Shown here: positions 56,735 to 64,000 of the stretch, in pieces | Numbering within the stretch: the stretch's first letter is position 1 | Layout: the number at the start of each line of letters is the position of its first letter | Origin: an uncultured Clostridia bacterium | Lineage (GTDB): Bacteria; Bacillota; Clostridia; Christensenellales; UBA1242 | Assembly: GCA_934747885.1 (NCBI GenBank) | Contig: CAKVHE010000001.1 | Span: forward strand, 445,584-509,583 | Direction: 5' to 3' | Length of the DNA: 64,000 nucleotides | Notes under the pieces: model-generated | Seen by the model: the letters and a program-made list of their open reading frames with translations, nothing else | Databases searched by the model: none | Told to the model about the DNA's origin: nothing | Position numbers and translations under genes: made by a program

Positions 56735-58087
56735 ATGAGTAATAATTTTGATACACAAAGCACGATTGTGGCAATAACCACGCCAATTGGCACCGGTGGC
56801 GTTGCAATTGTTAGACTAAGTGGCGCAAGCGCCATAAAAATTGCTGACAAACTTTTTATTTCCCGCGGGAAAAAACCAAGTGAGTTTTTGGCGCGAGAAC
56901 TTGTTTTGGGCAAATTTGAATACCATGGTTTTTTTGAGCAATGTATGTGCGTTGTTTTTGTTGCACCAAATAGTTTTACGGGCGAGAATGTGGTGGAATT
57001 TCAGTGCCATGGTGGCATAAAAATTGCTGAAAAAATATTGTCCGCTTGCCTTGAAAGTGGCGCGCGTATGGCACAAAATGGCGAATTTTCTTTGCGTGCA
57101 TTTTTAAACGGTAAACTAAGTTTGAGCGAGGCTGAGGGCATGATAGATATGATCAATGCCGAAACCGACGCCGAACTTTCGGCGGGCTACAAACTTATGT
57201 CGGGAAAACTTACTAAAAAGGTGCGCGAGTTTGAAGCAAGTTTGGTAGACTGCATAAGCGAACTAGAAGTTTCGTTTGATTATCCCGAAGAAGATATTGA
57301 ATACTCGTCTAGAGAAGACATTAAAAAGCGCTTAAACAAACTAAAAATCGAAATTGGCGCCTTGATTGATAGTTATCAAACCGGCAATATAATTAAAAAT
57401 GGCATAAATGTGGTAATTTGCGGCAAGCCAAATGTTGGCAAATCCTCACTTTTAAATGCTTTGCTAAAAAAAGATAAAGCTATTGTAACTTCGGTGGCGG
57501 GCACCACGCGCGATAGCATAGAAGACACTTTTGAAATAAACGGCGTAAAGGTTAATATTGTGGACACTGCCGGCATACGTGAAACCACTGACAAGGTGGA
57601 AAAAATAGGGGTGCAAAACGCCAAGAAAAAACTGGCAGGGGCTGACCTAGTTTTGTTTGTGGTAGATGGCTCAACGCCGCTTGACGCCGAAGACGAAGAA
57701 ATTTACCGAAAGGTAAAAAAGCAAAAACATTTGATAGTGGTAAACAAGGCGGACAAAAAGCAAGTCGTAAGCATAGACAGCGCTATAGTAATAAGCAGTA
57801 AAAAAGGTGAAAACTTGAAGGCGTTGACTGATGCAATTTATGAAAAAACGATAAAAGGCGAAATTTACGCTTCAAACTTGGTAGTAACAAATGCGCGCCA
57901 TGTGGAATGTTTAAAGCGTGCCCAAAAATCAATTTGTCATGCGCTTGCCGAAATAGATAGTCAAACACTTGACCTTATTTCGATTGACCTAAACGAAGCC
58001 TATACGGCTATTGGAGAAATTACGGGGGATACCAGCAACGAAAAAATTCTTGATAGCATTTTTTCTAAATTTTGTCTGGGTAAATAA
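56735..58087 (+). CDS. mnmE: tRNA modification GTPase MnmE
   Basis: N-terminal TIVAITTPIGTGGVAIVRLSG, G1 GKPNVGKSSLLNAL, G3 DTAG, G4 NKAD, C-terminal FCLGK. Confidence 0.93.
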   Translation: MSNNFDTQSTIVAITTPIGTGGVAIVRLSGASAIKIADKLFISRGKKPSEFLARELVLGKFEYHGFFEQCMCVVFVAPNSFTGENVVEFQCHGGIKIAEKILSACLESGARMAQNGEFSLRAFLNGKLSLSEAEGMIDMINAETDAELSAGYKLMSGKLTKKVREFEASLVDCISELEVSFDYPEEDIEYSSREDIKKRLNKLKIEIGALIDSYQTGNIIKNGINVVICGKPNVGKSSLLNALLKKDKAIVTSVAGTTRDSIEDTFEINGVKVNIVDTAGIRETTDKVEKIGVQNAKKKLAGADLVLFVVDGSTPLDAEDEEIYRKVKKQKHLIVVNKADKKQVVSIDSAIVISSKKGENLKALTDAIYEKTIKGEIYASNLVVTNARHVECLKRAQKSICHALAEIDSQTLDLISIDLNEAYTAIGEITGDTSNEKILDSIFSKFCLGK

Positions 58088-58090
58088 AAG

Positions 58091-58648
58091 ATGGAAGAAC
58101 TTATTTTTGAACCATATTCGCACAAACAGCATTATGAAGAATTGAATGATTTTTCAAACGATGCACGTGGTGATAGTTTTAATCGTTACCTAACTTATGG
58201 CTTATTAAATTTGAGAGATGAAGCGGGAGATTTTATTGAACTATACGATCCGCTTTTAAACACGCGTTCCGAAACCGTACACCCTTATGTACTGCGCGCC
58301 AAAAGTGAAACCGAAGCGCGCATAGTTGGTTTTTGTGTACTAAACTGGAGCATAGACGAAGAAGATCGCAAAACGTTGGCGGTTTTTCATATAGTAATTA
58401 GGCCAAGTGAGCAAGGAAAAAGATACGGAACCAAAGCCATTGAAGAGATTATTAAAAATGGCAAAACGCTTGTGAGTAACAATTATGATGAAATTTTTTG
58501 CAGTGTGGATAAAAAGAACGATGCCTCGCGCAAGATGTTTGAAAAGTTGGGATTTGTAAAAGAAGCAAGCGGCTTTAAGTATGATATGTACTCTCGAAAA
58601 GAAAGAGAATTTAGCAAGGAAGCAAAAGAAAATGCAGAAGCAGAATAA
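58091..58648 (+). CDS. GNAT-family N-acetyltransferase
   Basis: IVIRPSEQGKRYGTKAIEEII (acetyl-CoA-binding Q/RxxGxG/A) and N..SRKMFEKLGF. Confidence 0.75.
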   Translation: MEELIFEPYSHKQHYEELNDFSNDARGDSFNRYLTYGLLNLRDEAGDFIELYDPLLNTRSETVHPYVLRAKSETEARIVGFCVLNWSIDEEDRKTLAVFHIVIRPSEQGKRYGTKAIEEIIKNGKTLVSNNYDEIFCSVDKKNDASRKMFEKLGFVKEASGFKYDMYSRKEREFSKEAKENAEAE

Positions 58649-60488
58649 CAAATTTGATGCAGTGGTAATAGGTGCGGGACACGCCGGCACCGAGGCAAGT
58701 TTGGCGCTGGCACGCACGGGGCAAAAAACCGCGCTGGTAACGCTAGACAGGCGTGCAATATCTTTTTTGGCGTGTAACCCATCTATTGGTGGAACAGCAA
58801 AGGGACATTTGGTTTGTGAGATTGATGCGCTTGGTGGTGAAATGGGTAAAAACACCGATGCCACCTTGCTTCAACTACGAATGCTAAATAGTAGCAAAGG
58901 GCCAGCTGTTCAAAGTTTGCGAGCGCAAGTGGACAAAGTGGCTTATCACAAAAAGATGGAAGAAACATTAGATAAACAAAAGAACTTGCAAATTGTTGAA
59001 GACGAAGTTGTGGAAATTTTGCGTAGCAGTGGCAAGGTTGTAGGCGTAAAAACAAAAAGTGGCGCAACAATTGAGTGTCGCGCCGTGGTTGTTGCCACCG
59101 GCGTATACTTAAATTCTCGCACTATTATTGGTGAAGAAGTAAAGGATAGCGGGCCTGCGGGCTTTGCAAATGCTACCGGACTTACCAAAAGTTTAATTGA
59201 CCTTGGGTTTAAGATAAAGCGCTTTAAAACCGGTACGCCACCAAGACTAGAAAGCGAGAGCATTGATTATAGCCAATTTGACGAACAAAAAGGCGACGAG
59301 AATATTCAAACGTTTTCTTTTTTAACCAAAAAACAACCAAAAAATATTGCAAGTTGTTATCTTGGTTATACAACGGCAAAAACAAAAGAGATAATTTTGC
59401 AAAATTTATCTCGCGCGCCAATGTATAGCGGGCTTATTGTTGGGGTTGGGCCTAGATATTGTCCATCTATTGAAACCAAAATAGTGCGCTTTGCTGACAA
59501 AGAGCGTCATCAAGTGTTTTTGGAACCAGAAACGCTTACAAACAACGAAATTTATTTGCAAGGTATGAGCACCAGTATGCCAAAAGACATTCAGCGTCAA
59601 ATGGTGGAATCAATTAAGGGGCTTGAAAAAGCAAAAATTTTGCGTTATGGCTATGCAATTGAATACGATGCCATAGACGCCCTTGACCTATACCCTACCC
59701 TTGGTTACAAGCGTTGTTTGGGGCTTTATACCGCGGGGCAAATAAACGGAACTAGTGGCTATGAAGAAGCCGGTGCCCAAGGCATTTTGGCTGGCATAAA
59801 CGCAAGTTTGTATTTGCGCGGAAAGCCCGAACTGGTTTTGTCAAGAGATAGTTCTTATCTTGGTGTTTTGGTGGACGATTTGGTTACCAAAGGCACAAAC
59901 GAACCTTATAGAATGATGACAAGTCGCGCCGAGTATCGTTTAAAACTTCGACAAGACAACGCAGACGAAAGACTTACTGAAATTGGTAGAGAAGTTGGGT
60001 TGGTGGACGACAAGCGCTACAAAGTCTTTAAACAAAAGCAAGAAGAAGAAGCCAAAGCTAAGGAAAAACTAAAAATAGTTTTGCCACCCAATAAGCAACT
60101 TTTAGACTTTTTGGCGAAAAATAACGAAACGGCAGTAAAAACGGGCATCACTATTGAAAACTTAATAAAGCGCCCAAATCTTACGGCGGAAAAAATAAAT
60201 GAAGAGTTTGGTGTGTTTAAAGGAATAAGTGCATCGTCGCTAAAAAGTTTGAACATAAACTTGAAATATGAAGGTTATTTAACCAAGCAACAAGCAATAA
60301 TAAACAAAAACCACAAACTTGAAAAAATGGCAATACCGGCAGACTTTGACTACAAAAAAATAAAGGGCTTACGTATAGAAGCCGTGCAAAAATTAGACGA
60401 AATAAAACCACTTACAATTGGTCAGGCCGGCCGTATATCGGGCGTGTCGCCAGCCGATATAAATATTTTAATTTTTTATCTAAAATAA
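58632..60488 (+). CDS. mnmG: tRNA uridine 5-carboxymethylaminomethyl modification enzyme MnmG
   Basis: Start set to the ATG at 58632 (FDAVVIGAGHAGTEA follows). NPSIGG, GPRYCPSIE, GQINGTSGYEEA. Overlaps the GNAT gene by 17 nt. Confidence 0.93.
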   Translation: MQKQNNKFDAVVIGAGHAGTEASLALARTGQKTALVTLDRRAISFLACNPSIGGTAKGHLVCEIDALGGEMGKNTDATLLQLRMLNSSKGPAVQSLRAQVDKVAYHKKMEETLDKQKNLQIVEDEVVEILRSSGKVVGVKTKSGATIECRAVVVATGVYLNSRTIIGEEVKDSGPAGFANATGLTKSLIDLGFKIKRFKTGTPPRLESESIDYSQFDEQKGDENIQTFSFLTKKQPKNIASCYLGYTTAKTKEIILQNLSRAPMYSGLIVGVGPRYCPSIETKIVRFADKERHQVFLEPETLTNNEIYLQGMSTSMPKDIQRQMVESIKGLEKAKILRYGYAIEYDAIDALDLYPTLGYKRCLGLYTAGQINGTSGYEEAGAQGILAGINASLYLRGKPELVLSRDSSYLGVLVDDLVTKGTNEPYRMMTSRAEYRLKLRQDNADERLTEIGREVGLVDDKRYKVFKQKQEEEAKAKEKLKIVLPPNKQLLDFLAKNNETAVKTGITIENLIKRPNLTAEKINEEFGVFKGISASSLKSLNINLKYEGYLTKQQAIINKNHKLEKMAIPADFDYKKIKGLRIEAVQKLDEIKPLTIGQAGRISGVSPADINILIFYLK

Positions 60489-60523
60489 AAAAGAGCAGTT
60501 AACTTTTGGTTAACTGCTTTTTG
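60487..60523. terminator. Bidirectional terminator
   Basis: GCAGTTAAC-ttttg-GTTAACTGC flanked by an A-run and a T-run, between convergent genes. Confidence 0.75.
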
Positions 60524-60529
60524 TATATG

Positions 60530-61156
60530 CTAGGCCAAAACGTCACAGCTATCTAGGCTGATGGAAGAAATAGAAATTTCGTAAGCGGTGCGGTCTTCGC
60601 TGTGAGTTTCGTCAAATTTTTTGATGTATTTTCGACTTTGTATTCGGCCAATTAAATTTACCTTTTCACCCACCTTTAAGTTTTTTACAAACCTTGCGTT
60701 TCTGCCCCACGCTATACAAGGCAAATAATCGCTTTTGTTGTAGGCTCGGTTTACGGCAATTAGGCAATCGCAAATTTCTCTGCCAAATGGCGTGGTTCTA
60801 AATATGGGTTCTTTGCAAATGTAGCCGCTTAATTCAATATAATTGGTGTTTTTGTCTTCGGTGTAGTCGGTTAGCTCTTTGGCAAACATAGTAAGCACTA
60901 GTTTGCTTTTGCCGTCTTCTAGTTTGTTGTAACTTCTAAATTGACCGTCAATTGAAATTTTGTCGCCGACTTCTAGGTCGTTTATTAGTCTTTCGCTGAT
61001 GGTTACCGGCAAAATGTCACTTTCGGCACTTAGTCGCGGTACGTCCAATTTGATGTCGTAAAAGCCTTCGCCAAGCAAGGTGTGGCTAAACACCGGTGCG
61101 CTCGATACCGTGCCGGCAAGATGCGCCAAATTGTTGTTTTCGTAAGTTGTATTCAT
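60530..61156 (-). CDS. Protein with two tandem SSB/PriB-like OB folds
   Basis: Two repeats with similar patterns: LAGTVSS.PVFSH...ISIDGQFRSY, and LSGYICKEPIFRTTPFGREI...NLIGRIQSRKY. Confidence 0.5.
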   Translation of the reverse strand: MNTTYENNNLAHLAGTVSSAPVFSHTLLGEGFYDIKLDVPRLSAESDILPVTISERLINDLEVGDKISIDGQFRSYNKLEDGKSKLVLTMFAKELTDYTEDKNTNYIELSGYICKEPIFRTTPFGREICDCLIAVNRAYNKSDYLPCIAWGRNARFVKNLKVGEKVNLIGRIQSRKYIKKFDETHSEDRTAYEISISSISLDSCDVLA

Positions 61157-61179
61157 TTTTTGTTCTCCTTTTTGTGCTT

Positions 61180-61947
61180 TTAAGAATTTTTAATTTGTAT
61201 ACCATTGTTGTCTATGGTAAAGTCGCTGTCATAAATAAGTTCGGACATGGTAACCAGTTCAAACCCGCGTTCCACCAAGGTGTCTATGATTACTGGCAAC
61301 GCTTCCACAATATGGTCTGAGTTGTTATGAAACAAAATTATGCCCCCGCCTGCGATGTCTGGATTGATGCGTGCTAGCATTTGCGAAGTGGTTAGCCCCT
61401 TCCAGTCTAGCGAGTCTACGCTCCACTGAATGGCCTTTAAGCCGATTTCGTCGCACACACTTATTAGAGTGTCGTTGTAGTCGCCATAAGGCGGACGGAA
61501 AAATTTTACATCTTTGCCGGTTATTGCTTTTATTTTGTCCACCGATGTGGTAAGTTCTTGCCTTACTTGCTCGCTAGATAGTTTGCTCATGTACGGGTGA
61601 GTGTTGGAATGCGAACCAATTTCTATGCCGGCGTCGTCTAGCATTTTTACCATTTCGGGATATTTATCCACCCAAAAGCCTACCAAAAAGAAGGTTGCTT
61701 TTACATTCTTTTCCTTTATAGTGTTAATAATCTTAACCGTTTCGTCACTGCCGTAGGCGGCGTCAAAGGTTATGCAGATTTTTTTGCTGTCGGTTTTTAC
61801 GGCATAAATTGGAACTTTGCGTTTGGCGTAGCCAAAAAATACCGTACTGGCTGTACCCATAGAAATAAGGCTAATTACCAAGGTGGCGCAAATAACTAAA
61901 GATGCTAAAAATTTGTAAGGGCGTGTGTTAAACAATAAAATTTTCAT
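61180..61947 (-). CDS. Polysaccharide deacetylase (NodB homology domain), membrane anchored
   Basis: Start set to the ATG at 61947 (GGAG RBS). TFDAAYG, ATFFLVG, GSHSNTHP, LFHN motifs. Confidence 0.85.
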   Translation of the reverse strand: MKILLFNTRPYKFLASLVICATLVISLISMGTASTVFFGYAKRKVPIYAVKTDSKKICITFDAAYGSDETVKIINTIKEKNVKATFFLVGFWVDKYPEMVKMLDDAGIEIGSHSNTHPYMSKLSSEQVRQELTTSVDKIKAITGKDVKFFRPPYGDYNDTLISVCDEIGLKAIQWSVDSLDWKGLTTSQMLARINPDIAGGGIILFHNNSDHIVEALPVIIDTLVERGFELVTMSELIYDSDFTIDNNGIQIKNS

Positions 61948-62102
61948 TTCATTAACTCCATTATACTTTAACCAAAAAGCCAAAGTAAATTGCTAAAAAT
62001 AGCGATAAATGTCGAGTTTCGTTGTTTTTTGCGTTTGGCTTTTTTTTAATTTTATGCAGGGCAAAAATCAAATATTACTGGACTTTAGCAGTCTAGCAGA
62101 AC

Positions 62103-62131
62103 TTGACAATTTGACCCACAAAAGGTATAAT
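62103..62131 (+). promoter_or_regulatory. Consensus promoter placing the ATG at about +1 (leaderless candidate)
   Basis: TTGACA, 17 nt, TATAAT, then 6 nt (AATAGT) before the ATG at 62138. No Shine-Dalgarno sequence. Confidence 0.55.
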
Positions 62132-62137
62132 AATAGT

Positions 62138-62542
62138 ATGAAACTAAAAACCAAAGTATGCTTAACTTGTTTTTGTTTGCACACCGCTTTTATGTTTGCT
62201 TTTATGTTTTTGCAGATAGCGGAAGTAATTGCGGTTAGCGGGTTTGCCTACTATTATTTGGGCGTGTTTTTGCTTTGGATAATGTATCCAATTTTCTTTT
62301 ATATCCGCTACGAAAAAAACAAAGACAAAGTGACAAAATTCCAACAAGATTATCTGGACGGTTTAAAGCCAAGCGCGCCACTTAGGTTTGCGCCAAGCGA
62401 CGAAGAACTCTTAAAGACTTACAAAGAAAAAGGCAACCAAGTTTTTGAGCCATTGCCTTTGCGCGCTAGTGAGCAGCAGGAAGACGAACAAGCCGAGCCG
62501 CCTCTTTCTCGCGCCGCCGATGGCGACGAAATGACGATGTAA
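62138..62542 (+). CDS. Small membrane protein with an acidic C-terminal tail
   Basis: Start set to the ATG at 62138 because the promoter lies inside the track's longer ORF. Two to three hydrophobic helices. Confidence 0.55.
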   Translation: MKLKTKVCLTCFCLHTAFMFAFMFLQIAEVIAVSGFAYYYLGVFLLWIMYPIFFYIRYEKNKDKVTKFQQDYLDGLKPSAPLRFAPSDEELLKTYKEKGNQVFEPLPLRASEQQEDEQAEPPLSRAADGDEMTM

Positions 62543-62607
62543 TTATTGTTGACTATTTGGCGCAATATTTGCTAAAATAAAAAAGCAATATATAAAGGAG
62601 TAAAAAA

Positions 62608-62946
62608 ATGACCGAACAAGAAAACGCTACTATGGACGAAACCTTTGCAAAACTGGTACAAAAGGCAAAGAAAAAACTTACCCGTAAAACCGAAGAAGAG
62701 GAAGCAAAGGTTGCTCCTAGCCTACTTAGACCTGACTACCAATTTGTAAAAAGCAAACGCGATGAAGAAGACAAGGCCTTTGCAAAACGCGTTAAGGAGA
62801 TGTTAACCAAAGACCCTGGCACCTATACCCCAATTGGCAATCTTATGGACAAAGAATATTTTGCTTCACTTAATGATGAACAAAAGGCAAGATATGTGCT
62901 TACGCTTTCAAAAAGGTACAATAAAGTGCTTGAAACCTTAAAATAA
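62608..62946 (+). CDS. Hypothetical charged protein (112 aa)
   Basis: AAAGGAG RBS. Hairpin terminator at 62961-62996. Confidence 0.55.
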   Translation: MTEQENATMDETFAKLVQKAKKKLTRKTEEEEAKVAPSLLRPDYQFVKSKRDEEDKAFAKRVKEMLTKDPGTYTPIGNLMDKEYFASLNDEQKARYVLTLSKRYNKVLETLK

Positions 62947-63037
62947 ACCCGAACATAAGCAAAAGCCACCAAACAAACCCGTTTGGTGGCTTTTTTGCGG
63001 TAAAAAAAACTAGCCACCGCTTAGGTGGCTAGAAATT

Positions 63038-63223
63038 TTAATAGTTGTTTTTACGATTACGCTTTTGAGCGTTTAAAGATTTCATTTTTCTTTTTACGCT
63101 AGGGCTAACGTATGCTTCTTTTTTGCGAATATCACCGATGATGCCGTCTTTTTGGCATTTACGTTTGAAGCGTTTTAATGCGCTGTCTAGTGTTTCGTTT
63201 TCGCCTACTCGTACTGTTGACAT
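63038..63223 (-). CDS. rpsU: 30S ribosomal protein S21
   Basis: [25 protein letters not shown]...KKEAY.SPS.KRK pattern. Confidence 0.92.
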   Translation of the reverse strand: MSTVRVGENETLDSALKRFKRKCQKDGIIGDIRKKEAYVSPSVKRKMKSLNAQKRNRKNNY

Positions 63224-63297
63224 TGTTTTTCACCCCGCTTTTTTGCATATAAGCAAGACAGATTTTAACAAACATTTTAACATTTGTCAATAATTTG

Positions 63298-63693
63298 TTA
63301 AAACTTTAATTTTTTTTGTAATTCCGCCAAGTCAAGTTTGTTCTTTTTTAGGTTTGGGAACAACTTGTCGGTATTGTTTTTGGAGCGAGGCAAAATATGA
63401 AAGTGCAAGTGCATAACCGTTTGTTCAGCGCTTTCGCCCGATGCGTTTAGGATATTTACACCGTCAAAACCAAGTTCTTTGTAGTGGTTTGCGACTTTTT
63501 GTACCGCTTGCATAACGCCGCACAAAACCGGTTTTGGCACATCAAAAATGTTTTCAACATGAACCTTTGGAATAATCAAAGTGTGCCCTTCGCCATCACA
63601 CGAAATATCTAAAAAAGCCAATGCGTTTTCATCCTCATAAATTTTGTAGCAAGGAATTTCACCCTTAACTATTTTACAAAAAATGCAGTCCAT
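63298..63693 (-). CDS. HIT-family protein
   Basis: CIFCKI..GEIP and histidine triad HLHFHILPR. Confidence 0.9.
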   Translation of the reverse strand: MDCIFCKIVKGEIPCYKIYEDENALAFLDISCDGEGHTLIIPKVHVENIFDVPKPVLCGVMQAVQKVANHYKELGFDGVNILNASGESAEQTVMHLHFHILPRSKNNTDKLFPNLKKNKLDLAELQKKLKF

Positions 63694-64000
63694 TATACAA
63701 TTTCTCCTATAACGCCACCCTTTGGATTTAAGGCAACAATTTTTACTTTGTATACGGTATTAAGCAAAAGGTTGGTGCCTTTTATGGTGGTTTTTAAATA
63801 ATTTTTTGTGTATCCCACATAGTTGCCGTCTTTGCAGGTTTCTAGCAAAACTTCGTCAGTTTTGCCTATATTTTGTTTGGCAAATTCGGCTTCGGCAACT
63901 TTTGCCACAGCGCTAAGTTTTTTTACTCGGGCTTTAATAACTTCACCATTTAAGGTACCCCACTTGCTGGCCACGGTGCCATCGCGTTTGGAATATGGGA
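63693..64000 (-). CDS. C-terminal (TRAM) part of a MiaB/MtaB-type radical-SAM methylthiotransferase, cut by the window edge
   Basis: The frame stays open upstream of the track's GVG start to the window end (...PYSKRDGTVASKWG...). The TRAM-like segment is DEVLLE...GYTKNYLK... Confidence 0.7.
   Translation of the reverse strand, partial: PYSKRDGTVASKWGTLNGEVIKARVKKLSAVAKVAEAEFAKQNIGKTDEVLLETCKDGNYVGYTKNYLKTTIKGTNLLLNTVYKVKIVALNPKGGVIGEIV

Overview
Origin-proximal 64-kb stretch of a low-GC Bacillota-like chromosome. The housekeeping backbone is gyrA-gyrB-recF on the minus strand, diverging from dnaA-dnaN on the plus strand. It also holds jag-yidC-yidD-rnpA-rpmH (minus) diverging from mnmE-GNAT-mnmG (plus), plus thrS with a T-box leader, mscL, greA, hup, ung, trxB, acpP, rlmD, rpsU, a HIT protein, an ABC-2 exporter, long-form SRP RNA, tRNA-Thr and tRNA-Arg. 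The dnaA-dnaN spacer looks like oriC: clustered TTTTYAACA words, a TAG-trinucleotide DnaA-trio-like run, then an AT tract. Several AT-rich accessory patches interrupt this backbone. (1) 49.1-54.0 kb: one co-oriented four-gene operon lying between the membrane-protein gene downstream of dnaN and jag. It encodes a HEPN-like RNKxxAH protein, an HTH-fused C5 DNA methyltransferase, an Eco47II-like restriction endonuclease and an OLD-like ABC-ATPase/Toprim protein. This is my best candidate for a composite, not yet described defence module. (2) 0.85-6.0 kb, downstream of tRNA-Thr: a cassette array (HD-domain protein, DUF4268-like protein, small YD-motif ORF, DUF4417 fusion and its mosaic paralogue). 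The cassettes are separated by a repeated junction element carrying a TTCCACA-N6-TGTGGAA palindrome. (3) 24.1-25.5 kb: an apparently frameshifted MuF-tail-like gene followed by two tandem paralogues that share a conserved 27-aa tail. Other oddities are an orphan Clp-D2-like AAA+ protein, an iteron-like GGATAATT array, a HEPN-CBS fusion, a PGI homologue lacking the catalytic motifs, and candidate leaderless mRNAs. No CRISPR array, rRNA, transposase or integrase was seen. All family assignments come from motif reading and memory and need HMM or structure confirmation.
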